From: Halocafeteria seosinensis
Taxonomy: Eukaryota
Direction of reading: 5' to 3'
Assembly: GCA_001687465.1 (NCBI GenBank)
Contig: LVLI01001149.1
Span: forward strand, 1 to 34,001
DNA: 34,001 nucleotides
Made by a program: the position numbers and the translations under genes. Numbering within the stretch: the stretch's first letter is position 1; each line of letters starts with the position of its first letter. Shown here in pieces: positions 11,327-22,572 of this stretch. The notes under the pieces were generated by a model. It worked only from the letters and a program-made list of their open reading frames with translations, had not been told where the DNA came from and did not search any database.

Positions 11327-12172
11327 TTACAAAAAGTCGTCCCACATAGATCTGGGTGTAGTTTGTGAACCTGCTATGGTTACACTGTTACTTGGCGACT
11401 CACCCAATAACTCTCCCTCTTCTGCTAGTTCAGATTCCTCTAGATTTTTGCCGCAATCGCGTTTGCGCTTATTCCTAACTTCGCGAGGTTGGTTTTCAAA
11501 TCGTTCTCTCTTCTTTTTTCTTTGATCTTGGATTAAATCACTCGAGGTAACGAAACTCGGTTCACCTTCGGCGCTATCTTCACTGTCATTCTCTGTACGT
11601 TTAGAGTCTTCAGCATCGTTTGATTCCTCGACAAACTCATCCCATTCGCTTGTCTTTGCTGCTGTTTCAGTTCCACTTGTTAGAGCTTGGAGCAGCTGGT
11701 CATCTGAGAGAGGTTCATTCCAATCAGTGCCTACATGCTGCTGGTTGCCTTCTTCCTCGGGAGTCGAATTTGAATTCCCGGCGCAGTCACGTGCAGAGGA
11801 GAAATTGGCTAATTGCTCCTTTTCCCCGCGCCGTGCATTCAAATTTTGGACAATTGGACGGACTGCGCTATGATCAAATGAGTTGCTTATATGAGTGAGA
11901 TGGGCATCATTTCCCAATCACTTACTTTCTTTCCCCATATCCGCGCTGGCATACACCCGCGTAATCGATTGTTTTTTGTTGCTGCGTCCACGAACAGCCG
12001 CATAGATTTTCAATTTCCTAGACGATACATCATCAAAAACGTACCATAATTTGCACGTCCATTGTGGGGCTCGAATGCCCTTCTTGGGAGCATTCCGTTT
12101 ATTTTGTTTGGGTTCCTGGACAGCTTGGAACGTGTTGCACGCACCACATTGGAGTGCGACATAGGCCGGCAT
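11327..12172 (-). CDS. MRNIP: MRN complex-interacting protein (UPF0544/C5orf45-like), ~3 exons
   Basis: N-terminal Zn-ribbon ALQCGACNTFQAVQ...WTCKL|C..KQSITRVYA...KE|VRPIVQNLNARRG. Acidic disordered tail with SEWDEF and SMWDDFL motifs. Confidence 0.8.
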
Positions 12173-12311
12173 TTTCCTTCATATTCCGTGCTAGCTAATA
12201 ATAATAGTAAAATCCCACTAGCGGATGGGTATGACCAAGTACACGAGGAATAGGGTTCAATACAGTTGAGGATTCAAAATAAAAGGCTGTGAAGCTGCTT
12301 GTGAAGGTGAC

Positions 12312-12342
12312 ATTCACGAATCGCGATTGACGATTCGTGAAT
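12312..12342. promoter_or_regulatory. Perfect 12-bp inverted repeat in a divergent intergenic region
   Basis: ATTCACGAATCG-cgattga-CGATTCGTGAAT, located between the MRNIP start (12172, minus) and the plus-strand gene beginning ~12378. Regulatory function is inferred from position only. Confidence 0.4.
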
Positions 12343-12377
12343 CACAAATGATTTCTTCCACATAAAGGATCGACCAC

Positions 12378-14567
12378 ATGTCTCCCATGGAATCAAGGAA
12401 AACCAGATGTTGCCTACTTTCTACCCTTCGTTCCACCATCTACGTACTCTTGGAGGCGGATGGTTGTTCAGTTACGTTGCTTCGGCCATCGCGAGTTCAC
12501 CCCCACAAAACCGAGCTTAGCCATTGCCCAAAAGAACCCACAGGGTGAGAGAAGGACTTCCACATGTTAAGAGGAAAAGCGACAAAGGGGGTAACTTCTC
12601 CAATAGTTGTACAGCTGAGGCAATGAATCAATACTTTTGTGAAGCTGTGGCGGTGACCGAGTTGACTCATGTACGCGCCAAAACCGGGAGCGTGTTTATA
12701 AGGCTTATATATCGCGGTATTGAGGTGCATCACTCGCGAAATTAATACGATGATAACATCATGGAGTTCACCCTATCAGCAGACGAACGCTGTATTTGCT
12801 CGTGTCAACTATGAAGCCTTGTACTGGGGATCTCAGCATGGACTCTTTGTCACAGAGATCACTCCCACCACAACAGTGCCCGATACGGTGGCGCAACCCC
12901 ATCACAAGACAAGCGAATCGGCCCAAAATCGGCAGCATGAAGTGAAAGGAGAATTACGCACTCAATGGGCTCAAAAGATCTGGTAGGCACTGTGTTGCAC
13001 GTCTAGTTACTGGTAAGCCGCACCAATGGACTCGTTCTCTCGCAGGATCAAAGACGCTCTCGGAGGACCCATAGTGGTACAAAATATACATTTAGGTGGT
13101 GAGGGGATTCGTTCGCATCTTGCTTCCGCGCTTTATTCCGAATATTTAATCCCAGTGGAAAGAGAAAAGGAACAAAAGGAACTGCTTCGACTAGGTAGTC
13201 TTCCGGAATTTCCCAACGAACCTGCTCAACTAGATAAGTCTTTCAGGGTGTCCCCTTATTCTCACCACTGCCATTTTATACCCCGGCGGATTTGTTCAAA
13301 ACTACTGGTATCTGCGAAGAAGGATTATGAGCTCACTCTACAGCCTTTGCAATGGATTCTTGAAAATCAGAGGCTGAAGGAACTCCGATACGCGTTCCGT
13401 AAAATTCGCAAGTTCAAACCGATAAAGTTACAAGCAAGACCCGATGCGGAACGAAAGCTATACAGAAGAGCCTTTATTGCTTGGCGTGATAGTCACTTCC
13501 ATTTTTTACGTCTACGGATATTTACAGCTTCTTTCGTATCGGCCACACGGAGGTCAATGATGAAGGGGCCCTTCTATTGGCTTTTACAACGCGTGAAAGA
13601 AGAGCAGGCGGTGGTTGATGCTGCCGCTCGTCAACTTAGTTATTCCTCCAAACTCCGTGTCTGGAAAAAATGGCGTTCTTTGTTCCGTTACAGGACCGGT
13701 TTACGACTACTGAATCGCCTGCGTCAGAACTACTTGCATAGACGGATGCGCGATTGCTTCAGCTTGTGGAAAGTGCACGCTCAGCTTTACATGGACATAT
13801 TAAGAAGGGCTGCATTTCTACTGCGGGTTGCCTACAGCTTTTGGAGAATGAAAGTTTACACTCAATGGAGCCGTCGGGAAAAGCAAAGGATCCTAGATCA
13901 CGCTATCCGCGTTCGAACTGTCCGACGTTGGCGCTCTCTTTACCAATATCGAGTGACGCGGAGGAGATGTCTCAGGGCACTCTTACGGTACTTCGAAAGA
14001 GAAGTGCTAAGGTCAGCCTTCAGACTCTGGCGGAGTATGCCAACAGAGAAGGTGGAGGTCCGATCGGAGCCTCAACTGTTGCCCTCACCAGAGCCCAGTC
14101 CAGCGAAGTTGCAACCCTCGGATCATCAGCTATGCAACTGTCTACGAAACTATTCGAGAGGAAAATACAGAGGTGGAGTACGGTGGTGCACAATTCACGA
14201 TCATTTAGTGCGACGTTTGGCAGAAGCTCACGAAATTCTTGACAGTTCATTGAGCGTGGAGAAAGTTGATGCAGAAGAGAAGGGGTACCATTCAGAAACG
14301 TTGGGCGTAACTGGAGTTCTTGAATTTTCTATGTATTCTGCTGAGTCGAGAGCAACAAAGAGAAGTAGTGACGAACGGAAAGAGTGGGAAAGCGAAGGCA
14401 TACATGAGGACATGCGCTTATTCAGTCGACCATTATCACAAAGATCGCCCCCACAGCAGGTATCATGGTGGGTGGACGCCGACGCATCCGTCTTCGAACA
14501 CACCAGCTTAGAGAAAACTCGCCGCAGCATCGAGCTGGAGGGCGCCACTGACTCAAAACACGCATAG
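12378..14567 (+). CDS. Hypothetical basic protein with Sfi1-like (F/W-x-x-W) repeats; 5' exons uncertain
   Basis: Long ORF 13026-14567 with periodic AFIAWR, VWKKWR, CFSLWK, AYSFWR, VRRWR and AFRLWR motifs. Upstream ORF 12720-12986 ends at a GT donor. The start at 12378 is tentative. Confidence 0.55.
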
Positions 14568-14577
14568 GAGCTCATTC

Positions 14578-16224
14578 CTACGGGTTGTTACTTCCCTCGG
14601 TGTTATCCCCCGTGTTGTCCTCATCTTCAAAGCCATGCTCTATAAGGAAGTTAGCGGCCATTTCTTCGTTCTTGTCGCACGCGAGATAGGCTTCAATAGC
14701 ACGTTGACGAGGAAATCCCATAGCAATCAAACGCTCCACCGCATCAGCTTCTTCAGGTGTCAATCTCACCACGTTAGGAGCATCACCTCCTTCTTCGCCA
14801 CCTTCGCCACCACCGCCTAATCCCTGAGGCATGTTGCCACTTGCCATCATTTGTCCCAGCTGCACCACCACACAAAAAACCAACAATAAAGACTCTGGAG
14901 GAGATCCTGATGAGAACGCTCTCTATACTCACCATCTGTAGCTGTTCCACAGGTAGCCCTATCTGTTGAGCCAACTGCTGCCTCTGTTCTTGAGTCATAC
15001 TTTGTATCATTTGTCCTACTTGTTGGGTGTTCATGCCACCTGCACCGACAATAAATCCACAATCTTTGAGGCAGCACCCTCATAGACTTTGCTGCGCAAA
15101 ATACTTACCACTCATACCGGGAATCCTACCTGCGGGACCACCGGAACCAACTCTCTCCGCCTGTTGGCCGCCTTGTTGCTGGCCCTCAGAGCCCTCCCCT
15201 TCCGGGACGGGCTCGTTCATAAACGTCAAAAATTCTTGTTGGTGGCTTTGTATCCAATTCAGCAGCTGAGGATGACTTCTGCCAATCATCTGGAGCACTT
15301 GCGGCAGAGCATTCGGATTCTGTTGCACCATCCGTCGGAGTTCATTGATCCGCGGCATATTGCGGAGTTGCTGGAAAACATCCTCACCACCACCTTCAGA
15401 ACCACTCTGCGTAGACGGTTGTGGCTGTGGAGCTTGACCCATTCCTTCGGGAATTCCTTCAAGAAGATATTGGACAGCACGGTCGGGGTTATTAAATGCG
15501 GCCCGGAGCGCCGCTCGAACCTGTACGTTACTCATCAGGTGTTCTCAAACTATGAACAGCTCTTCAAACTCTCGATGGGGAGTGCATCCCTTACCTGATC
15601 CTCGGGATAACCCATTTGCATTAAGTTGTTCACTACCTCTTGGTTCTGCTCTTGACTTGTACCGGTACTGGGGGTTTGGGAGGTAGTATCTTCAGTGGCA
15701 GCGGTGCTCGCTGCACTTGTGATCCCTTGGGCACCACCGGTAACGGTAGGTGTGGAGGTCGCTTCGCTCCCAGTACCTTGGGCGGCGGTAGAGGTTGATG
15801 GAGCACTCCCCCGGGACGACGCACTGGAAGCCGCTACATCACTGCCCTCCGTCGCGGGCGCACCGGCAGGGGCTGCTTGACGACGGGTCTTCTGCGGAAG
15901 AGCGACTAAGAATGTTTCTCCTGTGACACCGGAAGCCTCTAAAGTTTGTTCATCCTTCAAAACTCTCCCTTTATGTATCAATCGCAAGCCTCCTTCGAAG
16001 CCTGACGCTGTCTGCTGAATCCTCTCTTTAGCGTCACCCACCTGTGGTGAAATAGTCAATTTCATTCCAGGATCAACGTTGGATACCAACGAATTACACT
16101 TGATGCAAGCGTAGACCGAGAATTAGTCTGACACAAAATGTAAATGCATCTCACATACCGTCATTGAAGGCTCCAGATCCACACTGAACTGATCTCCACC
16201 GTATTTTTTGACTGAAATTTTCAT
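14578..16224 (-). CDS. RAD23: UV excision repair / ubiquitin shuttle protein RAD23, 5 exons
   Basis: UBL (MKISVKKYGGDQFSVDLEPSMT|VGDAKERI...RLIHKGRVLKDEQTL), UBA1 (LMQMGYPEDQ|VRAALRAAFNNPDRAVQYL), XPC-binding (LRRMVQQNPNALPQVLQMIG) and UBA2 (AVERLIAMGFPRQRAIEAYLACDKNEEMAANFL). Confidence 0.96.
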
Positions 16225-17080
16225 CTTTTTGTCTCCCTAATAAGCAATGTTGACAAAATGTTAGTACACTCTGCAAAGGTGCATGAAAGGTCAAATGGAA
16301 TCGAAATGAGCAATACACACACCAAGGACAAAACCAGTCCAAGTGTCGCTCAAGAAGTCATACTCCCCGTCATGCCGGCCTTCTCAAGAGACCATCATTG
16401 AGCAAATACCCCTTTCTCTAGCATAATCTACTGAGATAAGGGCTTGGAATGGCCCATTTTCCATACAAAATTCCCATTTGCCTTTCGGAATCCGCCAGGA
16501 AAAAAAGTACACGCCTTAGCACTAACCTACTCGCACCCTTTGTTTCGATCAACGACTCAAACTTGTGTTCCGTATAGTCATGCAACTCCTTCGATAGATA
16601 CGCAAAATACGCCAAACTAATACGAAAAGAATTCTGTGCTCTGCAAGAAATTCGTTTTTTTGCTCTGGGACTTGAGGACAGGTTGAAGTTTTACGGAAGG
16701 AACAAACAAATGTTGGACCCTGCAACTGGTCAACAAGTTTGGAAGTTGCACTGTGTGCAGCCGAGCAAGCAACAAGTTGCTTCGAGCCTAGGGATGGCGG
16801 TGGTGATTATCCCATCTGGAAGTAGTGCGCGCGCAGAATGACGTTTTCACTAATCCGCGGGAAAGGAATAAGGACAGTGTAGTGTAGTGGATAGGCAGTG
16901 GATAGGAAGTGGAATGAAGGTCGGTCAATCGGTGTAATTTGGTTTAGAGCCAATTAGCAGTGCCCGTCGTCTTCTAACAGCCCCACGAGAACTGGAACGT
17001 CCCGACACTTCGGACAGAAGAGACGGCCAGTTTGAGAACGACTCCTTGCATTTCTCACAAGACTGATGTCCAGCTTTCTT

Positions 17081-17906
17081 ATGGAGAGCATTGACAAGGA
17101 AGAGTCCTGTAGGGCAATAGCAGATGGACCAGTGTCTCCGGTTCGAGGAGAATCAAGTTTTGACACCAAGGGCGAAGTTGAACGGCTATTCAGTCACCTC
17201 GGAGCAATTCACATGCCGTGCCAAAATACTATGGTAGATGGTTAAGAAGAACATGTAATCTTCGCCCTGAGCAACTCAGTCAACAAAAGAAAGATCAAGA
17301 AGAAGAGGAACATCGGCCTGGCGATCGATCGGACGACAGTGAGTCCCAAATTTTGAAGGCTTTGCAAGACAAGACAGACGAAGTTGCCACGTATTTCCGG
17401 AGAAGGCTTCACTTTTTACTTCGCCGTCACGCATTAATCAGAATAGAGTTTGCATTTTATTTGCACTCATATTATGAACCATGTGTATTTTGCCTAAACA
17501 GAATTGCGCAATATTGTCTCTGTGCAAAGTGTGATTCTAACAAAAACCCTGGAGATCACATTGGCATGATTATCAATCAAGTTGTCGAAGACTATAGAAA
17601 GGTCCCCGTGTACGTCTTCCCGGTGATCTCGTCGCGTGTGACATACGAAATTGGGAGATTTAGATCGATAGTTGGTTAATGCCCTTGGAAAGAGCAAGCG
17701 TAAGAACCAAGCTTGCCTCATTCGAATGGGCGGTGGGACAGGACTCCCAACAAAAACTTCCATCTTATATTATGTTGTATATCCCGTGGAAGCATTGCCA
17801 CTATTCCAAATATCGAGGATCAAGTTTTCTATACGTAGGGTCCAAAAACACGGCGTACCATGGGAGATTAAATCCAGCAAACTGTCTTAAGACAGTTGGG
17901 GATTAG
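17081..17906 (+). CDS. Possible spliced hypothetical gene or gene relic
   Basis: Consecutive plus-strand ORFs 17218-17679 and 17679-17906 with protein-like composition and candidate splice sites. No recognisable domain; boundaries uncertain. Confidence 0.3.
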
Positions 17907-18601
17907 CATTTGCTGCCCGAGCTTGAAGAAGTACGAGTGGTACTAGAGCTATCGCTTTCCGTGCTGGAGTCATCGCGTCCCTCTTCCAGTTTCAAATATT
18001 TCTGTAACTTCTTTCTGTTCTTTCGCAATCGGCACATATCAGAGTCGAACAAATAAATCATGACGCTTCCATCCCTCGCAAGAACCCACGAAGTGCGTAG
18101 AACCGAAGACTCGTCCCTCCTCTCTAGAATCCGCTTCGCGGAGGGTAGAGTGTGGAGATAAGCTTTACATTCGCGAAACCAAACATTCCTTAGCCAGTTG
18201 TCAGAAAAGAATCTTTTATCGTCACGTTCCGGAAAATAAGGGTGGGCGCCATCCTGCCTATACCGGACGTCGACGAGGAGGATAAAATTCCTTCTCTTGT
18301 GGCCAGCTGCGTTTGCCTGGTCAATTGCAAACGCAGCTAGTCCGTCAAAGCCGCAATTCTCGTTGATTTCTTCAAGCGTTCCTTTAATAGGACGATCATC
18401 AGGGTTACTTGCTCTAAGTTGTCCCAGAATCAATTTTTTCGCATGTTGGCCCTTGGCGCTGGGAGATTGGGGGATGGTCTCTAACCCCTCTCCCATACTT
18501 ATTTCACCAACCAACGTACTTCTTAACTGGTTTCGATACTCTTTTATCGTAAGGTTTCGAAACTCTTCTACTATCGTAGGCTTTCTTCGCCTGGAACCCA
18601 T
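17903..18601 (-). CDS. Hypothetical protein (232 aa, intronless)
   Basis: ATG-started 699-bp ORF with a globular-looking core and Ser-rich tail. No family recognised. Confidence 0.55.
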   Translation of the reverse strand: MGSRRRKPTIVEEFRNLTIKEYRNQLRSTLVGEISMGEGLETIPQSPSAKGQHAKKLILGQLRASNPDDRPIKGTLEEINENCGFDGLAAFAIDQANAAGHKRRNFILLVDVRYRQDGAHPYFPERDDKRFFSDNWLRNVWFRECKAYLHTLPSAKRILERRDESSVLRTSWVLARDGSVMIYLFDSDMCRLRKNRKKLQKYLKLEEGRDDSSTESDSSSTTRTSSSSGSKC

Positions 18602-18816
18602 TCTGTCGACCGAACAGCAGTGTACACCACTGTACCACCGTTGTCTGTGTGCAGTTGTGATTGCCCTTTTCTTTTCTTTCCCTTTGAGACTGTAAGGAAG
18701 AGGATGCTGTCAGACGCGGTGAATCCAAGTAAACTTGGTTACTGAGTGAAAGAGGGTGCCATAGTAAGGAAAAACCACAATTTGAAGGGTGTCTCCCGAC
18801 CTGTGACCTCTGTGTG

Positions 18817-18842
18817 GTGTGTGTGTGTGTGTGTGTGTGTGT
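18817..18842. repeat. (GT)13 microsatellite
   Basis: Directly visible. It may lie in an intron of a plus-strand gene relic (candidate acceptor at ~18896). Confidence 0.95.
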
Positions 18843-19422
18843 GCCCGACTTGTTGCCACTCGCATTTGGTCAGTAACCTAGGTCTTTCATCCCTAGGCAA
18901 TTTTGAGGCTTTGGAGCAACGGAATACCGGAAAGCAAGTAGCAATGCGTCGCCGGATCTGCGACAAGGCGAAGGAGCTGGCGAACGCCTGGGAGAGTGCA
19001 AACGATGCAAATGCCCAAAGTGCGTTGGTTGACATCAAAGAAATTGTGACAATTGGAATCCAAATCGGCCCAAATCTTTGGGAGAATGGCACTGCGATCA
19101 GGACATTAGGATGAGACTACACTGTGTAGGTCCAGTTGATCAATCGACGTGGTTGATCGAGGCGGGGNAAGCTCGTAATCCACACGAAGCGTGTGTGGAA
19201 TTTTCGGAAAATCGAACTATACCTTTTTAAGCGGACTATGTTTCCAACACGCTGTATCGAGTTACTTGTACTTGTGTACTTTTCGGGAATCGTTTCGTGT
19301 CATTTTGGTACGCGCATCGACTAATACTATCTTTTTCTCTTCCTTATAGTTCCCATCATACGAGCCATTAAATCCCCCGCGACCTTTTTACAATACAGAG
19401 ATGTGCTAATGCTCATGGAACT

Positions 19423-20578
19423 CCGGCGGGGGTGTTGACCGCATCCGCTTAACGACGAGCAGTATGCGCCCGTGTTAAGCAGCGACCGGCCCACTGTTCC
19501 TGCAGCCTTGCTGACATGCACCGTGAGGGAACGCAACACCGGGTTTGCTCAGGATGGCGCCATGTCTGCGACAACGATGTCAGGATTACCGACAAGGCTC
19601 AGCCTGGGAAGAGAAGGCCCGGTGCCTGCCACAGCGACTCCAGGACAGGTTGCAGCAGCGCAGTTAGGATTAAGTGTTGGTTCAGACGAAGCAGTTGTGG
19701 CCATTGACATGCCGCCACCTGACGTGGGAGGTGGCGCCCCAGGAGCTCCGTCCACCTCAGTTTCGTCAACATAGCCCAGATTGTAGTACATCTCCTGCTC
19801 GAGGGCAAAGAAGATGCGGCTACCCAGGTCCTTTTTAAGCCACGAAACCGGTTCCCACGTCCGTGCTGCCTCTGGGTAGCCCTTCCCGTGGACAAGGATC
19901 CGTTTGTCGTGGAGCCTGAAGTCGATATACCTCTCGACATCATCTACCGTGTGTGTAGCCCTAGGCGGCCAGTCTAGGCAAGAGAAACCATTTCCCATTG
20001 GGTTGTTTGACGTGGTCTTAGCCAAGCGGTCGGCAGTCAAGTTTGAAGCCAGACGTATGAACCTAATCTCGCGCTCCTCACTATCGGGAGGTTCCTAAGG
20101 TGGAGCCATTCAGTCCGTGCCCTCTCGAAGAGTGGGATGAGCTTGTCCTTGCGGCACTGGGTTTCACCACTCATATGATCCACCATCATTTGTGAGTCAC
20201 TCCATGCGGGGCGTCAACCGGTGCTGGTGGCGCATTCCCAAGTCAAGCGCATCGAAGACTAGTTTCATTCCCAGTAGCAGGCCTTCGTATTCGTTTTCGT
20301 TGTTAGTCTTGTATGGCCCTATGTACTGGCTTGAGAGGTCTAACTGGAATTTAGTACCAACTGACCCTGTAGCATACCGGGTATAGCCCCAGCTCCCGCG
20401 TGCCCTGGGAAGCGCCATCGATCTGGCAGAGTAGGCCCCCGAAGACATTGCGTTTAGTTTATGGCTGGCGGAAGGTCTGCTGTGCACATTAATCCCAGCT
20501 CCGAGGTTACATGTTCCTTCACTGAGGATTGTGATTCCGAGGGCGGCTGCGGTTGGAAAGGCCGGAGCAGCTCGCGAA
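19423..20578 (-). mobile_element. Degenerate retroelement fragment encoding an archaeal-type RNase HI followed by a chromodomain
   Basis: Read across frameshifts on the minus strand: CQIDGASQG / HAGAGAI / YIGPYKTNNENEYEGLLLGMK / SDSQMMVDHMSGETQCRKDKLIPLFERAR / TADRLAK, which covers all RNase HI-like motifs. Then HTVDDVERYIDFRLHDKRILVHGKGYPEAARTWEPVSWLKKDL (chromodomain). The last 117 bp are repeated at 1-117. The 5' boundary is approximate. Confidence 0.75.
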
Positions 20579-22572
20579 CTAGTGTCTTAACTCTTTAGAG
20601 GTTGCTAAGACAGCATCCAGGAATGCGAATGCCGAAGCTTGGTCAAAAGACGCAGCAACCAGTCTCCATATACCTCTACCTATCACATGTAGGTACCCTT
20701 TTACCCAATTATACTCATCGCGAACACCAGTCGTAGAACTAGTCCAGTGCACTCCCTGACACGTTGAATATCTAAACACCCTTTCTTCCTCTCCGCTTGT
20801 GCTGACTCTCATACCCGAGTACACAACACAAGCTCTGAGCCCGACAAAGCCCGGACGAGAATCATCCTCGTACTCAATATCCAATATACCATATTGCCCC
20901 CGTCCAGGATATGCACCGTGGCTATACGGACCTGTGCAGACAAAGCAAAGACCAATGTATTGAGAAGAAAGACAGAAACTCATGATTTCCCTGTTCCTGA
21001 CTAACCTCCTTTCACATTTCCAGGGCTATCCAAGGCAGCAGCGTGAAATACGGGAAACCCAATATCGCTCTCTTTACCATTTTCTGCGGCTAGCATGTGC
21101 GCATCACCAGATATGACGATGAGTTTCTGTCGGATTCTGTGCTTATGGATATACTCCAGGATTTCATGCTTCTCGTGGGAGAATAATCCCCAGCCTCGAC
21201 CGGACAAGTACGGAACAGTGTTCACCCAGACAATCAAATCAATATCTGTGGATTTGTAGGCCGCTAGTAATTCTTCTTTGAACCATTGAAGTTGTATCGG
21301 CCCTAGCATAGTTTTACATTCTTCATCAGGGAAAGAATCCGGAATCCTCTGAGACCGCAAGTCTGTAACAAGGAAGCGAACACGCGAAATACTGAAGGAA
21401 TGATAGATTGCATTTCCATGATGAATTTTTTCTGCGGCCTTGCGAAACTCATCCTTGAATTGCTCTGGACATTTATTTGCCAGGGAATCCCAGCTAGTAG
21501 CCTCCTGTTTCTTCGACCACTTGCCCTTCGCATCGGACTCTATGGTATAGTAGGGTGCAACGTGTTTGTACGTAATTGATGCGGCCTTTGCTGCGTCGTT
21601 AGTTCCGTCACTGTCATCGGTACCATAGTCATGGTCATCCCACATGTAGACCACGGGAACTCGAGTGAATAGATCTCGCTGTGTTGGAGAGGTTAATGAT
21701 CTCCAGTACTTCCGCATATACTTGATTGGAAAATTGCTTCGAATTCCCCTGATAAGCAAGAAAGCACTAACTGTGAGGGCAAGTGAAAGCAATCGAATAA
21801 CCAGTCGAGCTCAGCTTACCCATAAAACAGATCTCCCATATGAATGAACAACAGGGGATCATGGTCAGCAATGCGGCTGAATACAGGATGTCTCGAGCCA
21901 GTGATAGCACAACTGGAGAACGCAATTCTAAACTTGCTGCACTCTTTCGCCTTCGGAGAGGTCCTAAACCTTCCTGTCTCTGTAGTCCTCCACTCCGAAT
22001 TTTCGGCTCCGCCCGTGTACTCGTACTGTATTCAGTAGGAGAATTATTACTGCTGAAAGAGTCCAGGAGTACCATGACCCACGTACCAGTGTCTCCGGAG
22101 ACAGCCTCGATACTTGAAACCTCGCCGTTCCAAAGTCTGGGTCTACCTCCACCGTTCTACTATACACAACATTCCCCGCGCCTTCCTGTGTAACGCTAAT
22201 ATAAGCTGTTTTGGGAGCCTTCTTAAGGACCCTATCTGGGTTTTCCTCAAATGCATTTCGTATCCCTCCTTCTAAAATTTCCCCATGGAGCGGGTCGAAG
22301 TCTGTAAATCCAATAACAATTGTGACAGAGGTAGAAGTAAGTCCCCCCATCCAAGAAAACGTGTTTCTCGGCGCTGTTTGAGGTTGACGTTGCTGGTTGT
22401 GCATAGTTTTCCCACTTATTCCTGAGATCTGATAGTTACTTGAAAGGAGACTATTCCCGTCATGAAGGCTCTCATTGGAAGTACCGCCTAAGGATAACCA
22501 TCTTGCAAAAAAAATAGCTTGGGCCAGCACAGCACATACAGCAACGATGCATACGACTTTTCGGAGCGTCAT
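20579..22572 (-). CDS. phoD: Alkaline phosphatase D (PhoD family metallophosphatase) with N-terminal signal/anchor, 4 exons
   Basis: Hydrophobic N-terminus. Spliced motifs GRFRT, RIAFSSCA, LFIHMGDLFY|GDI, VYMWDDHDYG, FLVTDLRSQR, MLGPIQLQWFKEEL, ISGDAHM and AAALDSPGNVKGG|PYSHG. Confidence 0.9.

Noticed and set aside
15089..15598. Long antisense or alternate-frame ORFs overlapping real genes (e.g. 15089-15598, 24107-24544, 1296-1682, 13754-14242)
   Set aside because: Shadows of the true coding frames with no independent motifs.
16878..16915. Short tandem repeats (AGTGGATAGG x2; also TGCCTGCAAACC x2 at ~30965-30988) as CRISPR or telomeric arrays
   Set aside because: Only two copies, no spacers, eukaryotic context; ordinary slippage duplications.
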